Source: Candidatus Iainarchaeum sp.
GTDB taxonomy: Archaea; Iainarchaeota; Iainarchaeia; Iainarchaeales; CSSED10-239
Length of the DNA stretch: 32,000 nucleotides
Reading direction: 5' to 3'
NCBI GenBank assembly: GCA_028700115.1
Contig: JAQVTI010000009.1
Span: forward strand, 4,841-36,840
In this document: positions 8,647 through 17,345 of the stretch, one piece after another
Numbering within the stretch: the stretch's first letter is position 1
Layout of the letters: each line of letters starts with the position of its first letter
Made by a program: the position numbers and the translations under genes
The notes under the pieces: generated by a model
Databases searched by the model: none
Told to the model about the DNA's origin: nothing
What the model saw: only the letters and a program-made list of their open reading frames with translations

Positions 8647-9441
8647 TTATTTTCTAAGTTTCCATAATTTTTTCTTACTTCTCTTAAAACCTTCTTTTTT
8701 ATATGCAGCAACATGCATACCTCTTCCTCTTGTTTTAATTGCATTTATTTCTTCTGTAACTAATTTTTGTAAATGTTTTGTTTTTTCTTTAGGTAAGACT
8801 CCTATATTAAATAAATATGCTTCTTCTGAGTTTATTTTTCCTTGATGTATTAGATTATAAAATACTTTTTCAGAAAAAGGTTTGTTATATCCTTTATGAT
8901 GTTTTGGGTTTAGAACTTTTAATCTATCAGAAGGATATGTTTCTTTAAATATTTTAATAACTTCATTAAGTATACTTTTATTTTTCATATGTTTAAAAAA
9001 AGAACCATTTAGTCCTTGTATATTTCCTAAGATAATATGTGTTTTTTTAGATTTATCTAAAAATATATCAAAGTTAAATTTAGCAATTGCATTTTCTGTA
9101 TCTTTTGCATTATATATATTTATACTTATACCAAAAGGCTTATCTGCCCAGGTAGATAGTTTTATTTTTAGATTTTTATTTTCAAATTTGTTTTGAATTT
9201 CTAAAAATTCTTTTGAGAATGTATCTAATATGTTTACTTTTTTAGAAAGGGTATCTTTTCCAGAAACATTTTGTTTGTATGCAAGTATGTTTTGTGTATT
9301 TTTAAGAAATACATTTATATTTCTAAACCCATAATAATAAATTGCTTTTTGTAAAATAAGTTTTTGTTTATAATCTAATTTTTTAATTTCTTCTTTTTTA
9401 AGACCTATAGATAATAGTTCTTTTTGTGATATTAATTTCAT
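8647..9441 (-). CDS. hypothetical protein
   Basis: 264-aa ORF with no antisense competitor. No recognisable motif. Confidence 0.55.
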   Translation of the reverse strand: MKLISQKELLSIGLKKEEIKKLDYKQKLILQKAIYYYGFRNINVFLKNTQNILAYKQNVSGKDTLSKKVNILDTFSKEFLEIQNKFENKNLKIKLSTWADKPFGISINIYNAKDTENAIAKFNFDIFLDKSKKTHIILGNIQGLNGSFFKHMKNKSILNEVIKIFKETYPSDRLKVLNPKHHKGYNKPFSEKVFYNLIHQGKINSEEAYLFNIGVLPKEKTKHLQKLVTEEINAIKTRGRGMHVAAYKKEGFKRSKKKLWKLRK

Positions 9442-9485
9442 TTTTTTTCTCTTTGTAATTTATAAAATAAATAAAAAAGAAGAAA

Positions 9486-10907
9486 TTATTTCTTCTTTGT
9501 GAAAAATTCAATAGCAACTTCTAGTTCTTTATGTGTTTTTGCATATTCTTCAATTGAAATTCCTTTTTTATATGCCTCACATGCCTGAACTAAAGCCATT
9601 GCTCCTTCTTTTGTACCATTTGGATGAGCATGACAACCTGCACCCATAGTTGTAATAAAGTCAACTCCACCCATAACATCAATAAATGGTTTTAATAAAG
9701 TAGGGTTAAGTCCTCCTGAAACAATAGGTGTACATTTTTTTACACCTCTCCATTCATCTTCATCTAAGATAGCTTTGTGTGCATGATCTTTTTCTACATT
9801 TTCAATAAAATCTAAATCTTTTTCAGATATTTTACCCCAAGATTGATCAAAGAAAAATCCTTTTCCATATAAATCTAATATGTTTTTAGCAGCAGTGATG
9901 TCTGATTTAGGAGTTCCATCCATTTTTCCAACTCCAGCAGTTCCTGTATGTATCCCAGAAGCTCCTGCAAGTCTTGCAAATTTAGATAAAACTAAAACTG
10001 AAAATCCAAAATCATTTTCTGGTCTTGTAAAAGCACCGTGAGCTGCTCTATGGAAATGTATAAAAACATCAGGATATCTTCTTCTTAGAGTTTGAACAGC
10101 CATCCATCCTGCAGTAATCCCATCTATTAAAAATGCATATGAACCTTTTTCAAATCCTGCATTTTCAATCATTTCACATCTTTTAATCATTGTGTCAAAA
10201 TCTGCAGCTGAAACATTAAAAGAGTGTACTTTTTTCTTTCCAGTCTCTTTTACTGCCTTTTCCATTGCGTTTTTTACATGTTTTACCATTTTATCGTATG
10301 GACAGAAGTCTTGGTCTGCTTGAGGCTCATCGTTTTTAACAAAGTCTCCTCCACCAACCCAGAAGTCATAACAAACTTCTGCATATTCTGCTGAAGTTAG
10401 TCCCATTTTTGGCTTTACAATTGTTCCTAGAATAGGTCTATTATAAACATCTAAGTATTTTCTCATATCATCAATTGTGTATGATGGTCCATCAAATTGT
10501 TCTAGCATAGAAGGAGGAAACCATAAGTCTAAAAGTTTAAGAGCAGAAACTTCTTTCATACCTAAAACATTTCCTACAATGTAAGTTAGTATATTTTGTA
10601 CATTTCCAACTCTATCAAAAAGTCTCCATGGATATGCAATCCATACAAGTTCTTTTTCTTGATCTAAGTCATAAACTAAAGCATTCATTTCTCTTGAGAA
10701 TGCAGTTTCTGTTTGTACTTTAAAATTAGTCCCAGTTGAAGACTCAGCTGCAATTTCTGCTGCTGCTTGTAAGACATTTAGTCCTTTACCTTCTTTCATT
10801 CTAAAAACACAAAGAAGATATTCTCCATTTTTTGTGTTTGGTATATTAAAATTAACATAGGCTTTTTGTTTTTCATTTAAAGTTTCATATAATTCATTTT
10901 TATTCAT
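9486..10907 (-). CDS. rbcL: RuBisCO large subunit, form II/III-like
   Basis: GGGDFVKNDEPQ (carbamyl-Lys motif in the KNDE variant of form II and II/III enzymes), HFHRAAHG, GIHTGT and VSGGLNP. No small-subunit gene nearby. Confidence 0.9.
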   Translation of the reverse strand: MNKNELYETLNEKQKAYVNFNIPNTKNGEYLLCVFRMKEGKGLNVLQAAAEIAAESSTGTNFKVQTETAFSREMNALVYDLDQEKELVWIAYPWRLFDRVGNVQNILTYIVGNVLGMKEVSALKLLDLWFPPSMLEQFDGPSYTIDDMRKYLDVYNRPILGTIVKPKMGLTSAEYAEVCYDFWVGGGDFVKNDEPQADQDFCPYDKMVKHVKNAMEKAVKETGKKKVHSFNVSAADFDTMIKRCEMIENAGFEKGSYAFLIDGITAGWMAVQTLRRRYPDVFIHFHRAAHGAFTRPENDFGFSVLVLSKFARLAGASGIHTGTAGVGKMDGTPKSDITAAKNILDLYGKGFFFDQSWGKISEKDLDFIENVEKDHAHKAILDEDEWRGVKKCTPIVSGGLNPTLLKPFIDVMGGVDFITTMGAGCHAHPNGTKEGAMALVQACEAYKKGISIEEYAKTHKELEVAIEFFTKKK

Positions 10908-10974
10908 ATTAATTACTCCTTTATAATTTAAATATTATATTTATTATAAAAGATAAATAGATTTATATGGATTA

Positions 10975-11250
10975 TTATTCTTCAATTTTTATAGCTTTTC
11001 CATTAACTATAGAATCAGTAACTTTTTTTCTAGCCTCAAGTAAAAGTCTATGAAAAGTAGGTTGTGAAATCTCCATTTCCTTTGCACATTCTTCTTGTGC
11101 TTTTCCTAAGAAGTCTTTAAGTCTTAATGCTTCAATTTCTTCTTTTTTAAGATCTACTTGTTCTAGTTCTCTTTTAGAAATTCCAGCAGGTTTAAAGTAT
11201 TTTACATCAGTTTCAAAACAAATTCTTCTTTTTTTTCTAGGTCTTGGCAT
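10975..11250 (-). CDS. DUF134 (UPF0251) family predicted DNA-binding protein
   Basis: N-terminal MPRPRKKRRI...YFKP and C-terminal sigma-70 region-4-like HTH (MEISQPTFHRLL). Confidence 0.8.
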   Translation of the reverse strand: MPRPRKKRRICFETDVKYFKPAGISKRELEQVDLKKEEIEALRLKDFLGKAQEECAKEMEISQPTFHRLLLEARKKVTDSIVNGKAIKIEE

Positions 11251-11273
11251 ATTTTCTCATATTTTTTTCAAGT

Positions 11274-11618
11274 TTAATGATCACAGCTTTGTTTAATGTC
11301 TTTTAAGTAATCTATATTTTCAATAACTTCTTTTAGAATATTAAAATTTTCTGTTTTTAGTAAAATACTAGTTTTTGAAAATAAATCAATTGCTTTTTTT
11401 CCTATACCTTTTGTAAAAACTGCATCTATGTCTAGTTCTTGTATTTGTTCAACTGGTGTTTTTTCTTTAGAATGATCTATTATGTTTGGAATTATTTCTA
11501 AATTTTTAGAATCTGTAGAATATATTGCAAAAAAAGAACAATTTCCAAAATGTTCACTTAGTTTTGAGTCTAAGTTTTTATTTTCATCTAAAGCAATTAG
11601 TATTTTCATATTTTTCAA
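11274..11618 (-). CDS. NifB/NifX-type (dinitrogenase FeMo-cofactor biosynthesis domain) small protein
   Basis: KILIALDEN...LSEHFGNCSFFAIYS matches the HFG..xFxiy core of this domain family. Confidence 0.7.
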   Translation of the reverse strand: MKNMKILIALDENKNLDSKLSEHFGNCSFFAIYSTDSKNLEIIPNIIDHSKEKTPVEQIQELDIDAVFTKGIGKKAIDLFSKTSILLKTENFNILKEVIENIDYLKDIKQSCDH

Positions 11619-11703
11619 ATATTTAATTTATATAAATATATATTCGTTAAAAACGTTTTTATGTGTTTTTATTAAAAGTTTTTTTAAAAGAAAAGGCTAC
11701 TAT

Positions 11704-11847
11704 TTATATAGTAGCTCTTCTTCTAAGTCCTCTTCCTCTTCCAAGACCTCTATTTTCTTGATTTGTATTATTATCATTGCATTTTCCTTGTTTTCTTCCA
11801 GTCATTGGACCTTTTCCATCAGGACCTGTTCTATCTTGATTTGGCAT
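11704..11847 (-). CDS. DUF5320-like small Gly/Arg-rich protein (absent from the supplied ORF track)
   Basis: Hand translation gives 47 aa: MPNQDRTGPDGKGPMTGRKQGKCNDNNTNQENRGLGRGRGLRRRATI. GGAGG lies 7 nt upstream of the ATG. The MPxxDxTGPxGxGPMTGR start is the family signature. Confidence 0.65.
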   Translation of the reverse strand: MPNQDRTGPDGKGPMTGRKQGKCNDNNTNQENRGLGRGRGLRRRATI

Positions 11848-12076
11848 ATTAATTCCTCCTTTTATTGAATTTATATTCATATTGTGTTTGGAACAATTTA
11901 TAAATGTATTGAATATATATTCAATTTATTTTATAAACTTATAAACTAAAAAATATAAAATAATCTTTATTCTTTTTATAAATTTTATGTAAAACCAAAC
12001 CCCTTTTAATGATATTTGTTCTAATTATCTAAGTTTATGCTTATTTTAAACAAAAATATTAATAGGAGAGAAAATT

Positions 12077-12667
12077 ATGAGTGTTGAGAAAAATAATTGG
12101 GTAGAAATTGAATACGAAGGAAGTTTTGATGATGGAAAAGTATTTGATACAAACAAAGGTAAAGATCCTCTTAAATTTAGAATAGGAAGCAGAATGGTTA
12201 TTCCTGGATTTGAAAATGCAGTAATTGGTATGAAAGAAGGAGAAGAAAAAGAAGTTAAACTTACTCCTGGTGAAGCATATGGTCCAAAAAACGAAGAAGT
12301 TGTAGATTTACCAAAATCAGCTTTTGCTTCTCTAGAAGGTCTAGAAGAAGGAAAAGAACTTGAAATCATGACAAACATGGGTCCTATGTTAATTGAAGTT
12401 AAAAAATTAGAAGAAGAAAACATAAAAGCTGTTTTAAATCATCCTATGGCTGGTAAAAATTTAAATTTTAAAATTAAATTAATTAGAGTTTTACCAGAAG
12501 AAGAAGCTAAAAAAGAAGATGAATTATTTGCTCAAAGAATAAAAGATATGCAAGAGCAAATGGCAAAAGCTCAAGAAGAACATAACCATGAAGGATGCGA
12601 TTGTGGAGATGATTCTTGTAATGATGAATCATGTTCATGTGAAGATAAGGAAGAAAAGAAAGAATAA
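12077..12667 (+). CDS. slyD: FKBP-type peptidyl-prolyl cis-trans isomerase, SlyD-like
   Basis: VEIEYEGSFDDGKVFDTN...IPGFENAVIGMKEGEEKEV...AYGP FKBP core with an inserted flap segment. Acidic Cys/His-rich tail HNHEGCDCGDDSCNDESCSCED. Confidence 0.9.
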   Translation: MSVEKNNWVEIEYEGSFDDGKVFDTNKGKDPLKFRIGSRMVIPGFENAVIGMKEGEEKEVKLTPGEAYGPKNEEVVDLPKSAFASLEGLEEGKELEIMTNMGPMLIEVKKLEEENIKAVLNHPMAGKNLNFKIKLIRVLPEEEAKKEDELFAQRIKDMQEQMAKAQEEHNHEGCDCGDDSCNDESCSCEDKEEKKE

Positions 12668-12705
12668 TTTCTTTCTTTTTTTATATTTTTTTATAAGTGA
12701 TTTTT

Positions 12706-12864
12706 ATGAAAGTTTATGTGTGTTATCATATTATGAGGGATAAAAAATCATTTACAATAGATTTAGTTACTAGTTCTAAGAAAAAAGCAGACGAATGGTT
12801 TAAAGAAAACGATCCATATCTTTGGAGTGATGCAAAGATAGAGGAACATGAAGTTACTGAATAA
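12706..12864 (+). CDS. small hypothetical protein (52 aa)
   Basis: ATG-initiated ORF MKVYVCYHIMRDKKSFTIDLVTSSKKKADEWFKENDPYLWSDAKIEEHEVTE, not in the track. No family recognised. Confidence 0.25.
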   Translation: MKVYVCYHIMRDKKSFTIDLVTSSKKKADEWFKENDPYLWSDAKIEEHEVTE

Positions 12865-12954
12865 CTTCATTTAATATTTTTCTATTTTTAATAGTTTACG
12901 TTATAACGTTAACTTTTAATGAATAGTTAACGGTATACTGTTAACTTTTATGTG

Positions 12955-13009
12955 AATAATTCCTTTTCGTATTGAGTAAATTTTAATTATTTTCCCTTTG
13001 CCAAAAGGA
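12955..13009. repeat. 55-bp direct repeat, copy 1 (ends 35 nt upstream of the AAA ATPase ATG)
   Basis: aataattccttttcgtattgagtaaattttaattattttccctttgccaaaagga. 50/55 identical to 14312-14366. Confidence 0.9.
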
Positions 13010-13044
13010 ATATATTTATATATGTTTTTATATATAATTTTAAT

Positions 13045-14304
13045 ATGGATAAAGATTATTTAGAAAGAATAATTTTAGATCAGTCTGAAGATCTTAAACA
13101 AATAGATTTAGGTTTACCTAGAGATAAACTTTTAGATTTAGATACTCAAATTAAATCAAAAATAAATATAATAATTACAGGTGTTAGGCGTTGTGGTAAA
13201 TCTACTTTATTATTACAAATAATGAATAAATATTATAAAAATAAATTTTATTATTTAAGATTTGCAGATGAAAGACTTTCAGATATAAAAATAGATGATT
13301 ATCAAAAAATATATGAAATATTTCAATCAAATTTTAATATGAATAATATATTTTTTTTTGATGAAATACAAGGTAAACCTAATTGGGATAAATTTGTTAA
13401 TAGATTGTATGAAACTGGAAATAAATTTTATATAACTGGATCAAATTCAGAATTATTAAGTAAAGAAATATCTACTTATCTTACAGGAAGACATTTAGAT
13501 GTTGAATTATATCCTTTTTCTTTTAAAGAATATTTAAATTTTAAAAAGATTAATTTAGATTATAGATATTCAAAAAATTTAATAAAAATAGAAAAAGAAC
13601 TAAATAACTATATAAAAATAGGTGGTTTTCCACAAGTTGTTGTTGAAAATAATTTAGTATTACTTGAAGAAATATATGAAGATATAATTAATAAAGATAT
13701 TTTATTAAGATATAATTTAAATGATGTAGCTATTTTTAAAAAAATAGCATTATTTTTAATATCAAATATATCAAAAGAATTTTCATATAATTCTATTAAG
13801 AAAATGTACGATATAGGTAATTCTGATACTGTTAGAAATTATGTTTATTATCTTAAAAATGCTTATTTATTATTTGAATTACCTAAATATGACTATTCTT
13901 TGAAAAAACAAGAAAGTTATTCTAAAAAGATTTATGCTATAGATACTGGTTTAATAAATAAGTTGGCTTTTTCTTTTTCTGAGAATATAGGTCGGCTTTA
14001 TGAAAATTTAGTTTTTATAGAATTAAAAAGAAGAAATAAAAGGATATATTTTTGGAAAGATAAATCTAATTATGAAATAGATTTTATAATTTTAGAAAAA
14101 AATAAAGTGACTTCTTTAATACAAGTTGTATATGATTTAAGTGATTTAAAAACAAAAGAAAGAGAAATAAGAGGCTTAATTTCTGGTTTAAAAGAATTTA
14201 AGCTTAAAGAAGGTATAATAATTACAAAAGATTTAGACAAAAAAGAAAAAATAGATAATTTAACTATAAAATATATACCTTTATGGAAATGGTTATTAGA
14301 ATAA
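13045..14304 (+). CDS. AAA+ ATPase with DUF4143-type C-terminal domain (COG1373-like)
   Basis: Walker A GVRRCGKST and Walker B FFFDEIQ. Length and C-terminal layout are typical of this family. Confidence 0.85.
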   Translation: MDKDYLERIILDQSEDLKQIDLGLPRDKLLDLDTQIKSKINIIITGVRRCGKSTLLLQIMNKYYKNKFYYLRFADERLSDIKIDDYQKIYEIFQSNFNMNNIFFFDEIQGKPNWDKFVNRLYETGNKFYITGSNSELLSKEISTYLTGRHLDVELYPFSFKEYLNFKKINLDYRYSKNLIKIEKELNNYIKIGGFPQVVVENNLVLLEEIYEDIINKDILLRYNLNDVAIFKKIALFLISNISKEFSYNSIKKMYDIGNSDTVRNYVYYLKNAYLLFELPKYDYSLKKQESYSKKIYAIDTGLINKLAFSFSENIGRLYENLVFIELKRRNKRIYFWKDKSNYEIDFIILEKNKVTSLIQVVYDLSDLKTKEREIRGLISGLKEFKLKEGIIITKDLDKKEKIDNLTIKYIPLWKWLLE

Positions 14305-14311
14305 TTTTTTA

Positions 14312-14366
14312 AATAATTCCTTTTGGTATTGAGTAAATATTAGATATTTTCCCTTTGCTAAAAGGA
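14312..14366. repeat. 55-bp direct repeat, copy 2 (starts 7 nt after the AAA ATPase stop)
   Basis: aataattccttttggtattgagtaaatattagatattttccctttgctaaaagga. Same orientation as copy 1. Confidence 0.9.
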
Positions 14367-14549
14367 TAATTTTATTCATTGGTATTGAACAAATTTCTTG
14401 TTTTTGTTCATTTTAAATGAACAAATCTTTTATTTTTAATTTGTATATTTATTTTAGAATCCTTTTTTTTAATTTTTTCTAAAATAAACCTATTTTTAAA
14501 TATTCTTTGTTTCTATATTATATATATTATATATTATGGAGGACTATAT

Positions 14550-15842
14550 ATGTTAGATATAAAATATATCAGAGAATATCCTGATAAAGTAAAAGAAAAC
14601 CTAGAAAAGAAAAATAGATCAGATAAGTCCTTTTTAGTTGATGATATTTTAAAATTAGATGAAGATTATAGAGCTTTAATAAAAATTGTAAATGATTTAA
14701 AACATCAAAGAAATAAAATTACAGAAAACATAAAACAAGAAAAAATAAAAGGAAATGATACTTCTGATTTAATCTTAGAAGCAAAAGAACTTCCTGGTAA
14801 AATAAAAGAAAAAGACGAAGAATTAAAAGCTCTAAAACTAGAACTTCTAAAATTACAAAACCAAATACCAAACATAGTAAGTCCAGAGACACCTTTAGGA
14901 AAAGATGAATCTGAAAACAAAGAGATTGAAATGTATGGTGAGATTGTAAAAAAAGATTTTAAAATAAAGCATCATGGTGAAATTTTAGAAAAACTAAATG
15001 TTTTAGATCTAGATTCAGCTAGAGAAAACTCAGGAAAGGGATTTTATTATTTAAAAGGAGATTTAGCTCTTTTAAATAATGCACTTATTAGATATGCACA
15101 AGATATCTTTGCAAAAAAAGGATATACATTTATCTTACCTCCTTTAATGATAAATAAACAAGCATGTGATGGTGTTATTGATTTTGAGTTTTTTAGAGAT
15201 ATGGTTTATAAGATAGAAAATGAAGACTTATATCTAATAGGTACATCAGAACATCCATTAATTGCAATGTTTATAAATAAAGTTATTCCTGAAGAAAACT
15301 TGCCTATTAAGCTATATGGATTTTCAAGTTGTTTTAGAAAAGAAATAGGTGCTCATGGACTTGATGAGAGAGGGCTTTTTAGACTTCATCAATTTGATAA
15401 GGTTGAACAAGTTGTAATCTGTAAGCCAGATGAATCTATTCAAATATTTGATGAACTTAAAAACAATACTGTAGATTTATTTAAATCTCTAGGGCTTCCT
15501 ACAAGGGTTTTAGAACTTTGTACAGGAGATTTAGGAGATCATAAGTATAGACAAGTAGATATTGAAGTTTTTTCACCTAGAAAAAATGACTTTATTGAAG
15601 TAGGTTCTTGTTCAAACTTAACAGAAGCTCAAGCAATTGGTCTAAATATTAAGGTAAAAAACAAACAATCTGAAAAATACTATGCACATACACTAAATAA
15701 CACTGGAATTGCAACACAAAGAGCACTTGTTGCAATTGTAGAAAACTTTCAAACAGAAAAAGGAACAATTAAGGTTCCAGATGTTTTAGTGCCTTATATG
15801 TATGGAAAAGAAGAGATAGAAGTTAATCCTTCTTTCTTTTAA
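14550..15842 (+). CDS. serS: seryl-tRNA synthetase
   Basis: N-terminal coiled-coil arm. Class II core motifs FRKEIGAHG, GLFRLHQFDKVEQ and TLNNTGIATQRALVAIVENFQ. GGAGG lies 8 nt before the ATG. Confidence 0.95.
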   Translation: MLDIKYIREYPDKVKENLEKKNRSDKSFLVDDILKLDEDYRALIKIVNDLKHQRNKITENIKQEKIKGNDTSDLILEAKELPGKIKEKDEELKALKLELLKLQNQIPNIVSPETPLGKDESENKEIEMYGEIVKKDFKIKHHGEILEKLNVLDLDSARENSGKGFYYLKGDLALLNNALIRYAQDIFAKKGYTFILPPLMINKQACDGVIDFEFFRDMVYKIENEDLYLIGTSEHPLIAMFINKVIPEENLPIKLYGFSSCFRKEIGAHGLDERGLFRLHQFDKVEQVVICKPDESIQIFDELKNNTVDLFKSLGLPTRVLELCTGDLGDHKYRQVDIEVFSPRKNDFIEVGSCSNLTEAQAIGLNIKVKNKQSEKYYAHTLNNTGIATQRALVAIVENFQTEKGTIKVPDVLVPYMYGKEEIEVNPSFF

Positions 15843-15883
15843 TTTTTTTTAAATAAATAAATTATAAAAAATTATAGGTTAAG

Positions 15884-16294
15884 ATGCAAATGATAAAAGA
15901 AGACTGTATATTTTGTAAAATTGCACAAAAGCAAATTCCTTCAGCAATAATTTATGAAGATGATAATTATTTAGCTTTTTTAGATAGAAATCCAATGCAT
16001 CCTGGACACACTTTATTAATTCCTAAAGAGCATACAGATTATATATTTGATTTAAATGATGAAAAACTAAGTGAACTTTTTATAATTTCTAAAAAGGTAA
16101 GTCAAATTCTAAAAAAAGCAACTAATTGTGAAAAAGTAGGAATTGCTGTGGAAGGTTTTCTAGTAAGACATGTTCATGTGCATTTAGTTCCATTAAATAA
16201 TGGAGATTCACTAGATCCTTGTTTACAAAAACCAGCAGAACAAAGTGAACTTGATAGTGTTTATGAAAAAATAATTAAATCTAAAGAAAAGTAA
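15884..16294 (+). CDS. HIT-family (histidine triad) nucleotide-binding protein
   Basis: CIFCKI N-terminus, PGHTLLIPKEH, and histidine triad HVHVHLVP. Confidence 0.9.
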   Translation: MQMIKEDCIFCKIAQKQIPSAIIYEDDNYLAFLDRNPMHPGHTLLIPKEHTDYIFDLNDEKLSELFIISKKVSQILKKATNCEKVGIAVEGFLVRHVHVHLVPLNNGDSLDPCLQKPAEQSELDSVYEKIIKSKEK

Positions 16295-16415
16295 ATTAAT
16301 TTTTGGAAAATTTAACCTGGATTAAAAGAAAAATTTTTGGACTTTAAAAAATAAAACTATAATGTTATTAATTGTTGGATTTGGGGCTTTAATTAATACT
16401 ATAATTTATATTATT

Positions 16416-17345
16416 TTATTGTTGTTTATTATAAACTTTAACTATTTTTTTATAAAATTTACACATTTCCATAAATTGATTAGGATTTGTCTTTTCTAAA
16501 AATTTGCACCCTCCTTTACAGTAATTCCATATTTCGCAATTTTTATTTAAACATATATTAATATTATTTATTTTTTTTAGATTATATTTTTTATACATTG
16601 TTAATAAATGACATCTATCATAACTACCATCTGGAAATATTCCATAAGTTGTATTTTCATAATAACCACAAAATTTATTTTTATTTAATTTATTATCTAA
16701 ATAATTAAAAAAATAATTTGAAAATGGGGATATTTTTATATTTTTTTTATGAAGTGAAAGTATGTATTCTATATCTTTAATAGTTATTCTTTTTATAGAA
16801 TTTATATTGGAAAAATTAAATCCTATGTAATTTGGATTTAATTTTAATAAATTAATTATATTCTTTTTAAAATTAATTTTTGTAGATATTGTGGATGATA
16901 TTTGTAATTGTATCCCTCCTTTTTTAATTAATTTAGCATTTGTTATAAGTTTTTTTATATTGGTTGATCTATTTTTTAAATTAGTTTCAATAGGGTCAAT
17001 ACTTATAGTTATATTTTTAATACCCCAATTTTTAAGTTTTTTAATTGTATTTTTGTTAATTAAAGTTCCATTTGTAATTATATTAAAATTGTAAATACCT
17101 AGTAATTTTAATCTTATTATAATTTTTTTAATGTTTTTTAAGTCTAATAAAGGTTCTCCACCATAAAAAATAATTGTAGAATCCGATCTATATTTTTTTG
17201 GAACTAATAAGTTAATAGAATTTATAATATTATTTATGTCAAATGCATTTTTTTTATTTAATAAATTAATTTTTTTTAAATAACAATATTTACAATTTAA
17301 GTTACAATTATATGTAGTTATTATAAATAATTTATATTTTTTCAT
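16416..17345 (-). CDS. radical SAM enzyme with SPASM-like C-terminus
   Basis: CNLNCKYC, YGGEPLL and ITNGTLI motifs. C-terminal CLNKNCEIWNYCKGGC. 4-nt overlap with the upstream gene. Confidence 0.8.
   Translation of the reverse strand: MKKYKLFIITTYNCNLNCKYCYLKKINLLNKKNAFDINNIINSINLLVPKKYRSDSTIIFYGGEPLLDLKNIKKIIIRLKLLGIYNFNIITNGTLINKNTIKKLKNWGIKNITISIDPIETNLKNRSTNIKKLITNAKLIKKGGIQLQISSTISTKINFKKNIINLLKLNPNYIGFNFSNINSIKRITIKDIEYILSLHKKNIKISPFSNYFFNYLDNKLNKNKFCGYYENTTYGIFPDGSYDRCHLLTMYKKYNLKKINNINICLNKNCEIWNYCKGGCKFLEKTNPNQFMEMCKFYKKIVKVYNKQQ

Noticed and set aside
8647-9441. Functional link between the 264-aa unknown protein and RuBisCO
   Set aside because: Adjacency is the only evidence. No motif is recognisable and there is a 44-nt gap, so the sequence offers no basis for a call.
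11482-11868. 128-aa plus-strand ORF
   Set aside because: It overlaps the NifX-like gene and the DUF5320-like gene on the minus strand. Both of those have recognisable signatures and one has a GGAGG site. The plus-strand product is low complexity (SSSSSKSSSSSK).
12955-13009. The 55-bp repeat as a tRNA fragment or classic tRNA-derived att site
   Set aside because: There is no cloverleaf-compatible pairing and no GC-rich stems or T-loop motif. I found no tRNA-like GC-rich island anywhere in the window.
14370-14430. Small hairpins (gaacaaa...tttgttc, tgttcat...atgaaca) downstream of the ATPase cassette, and gttcac...gtgaac at about 23465-23482, as riboswitch or ncRNA candidates
   Set aside because: The stems are only 6-7 bp in AT-rich intergenic DNA with no further structure. 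They are more simply explained as terminator-like or chance palindromes.
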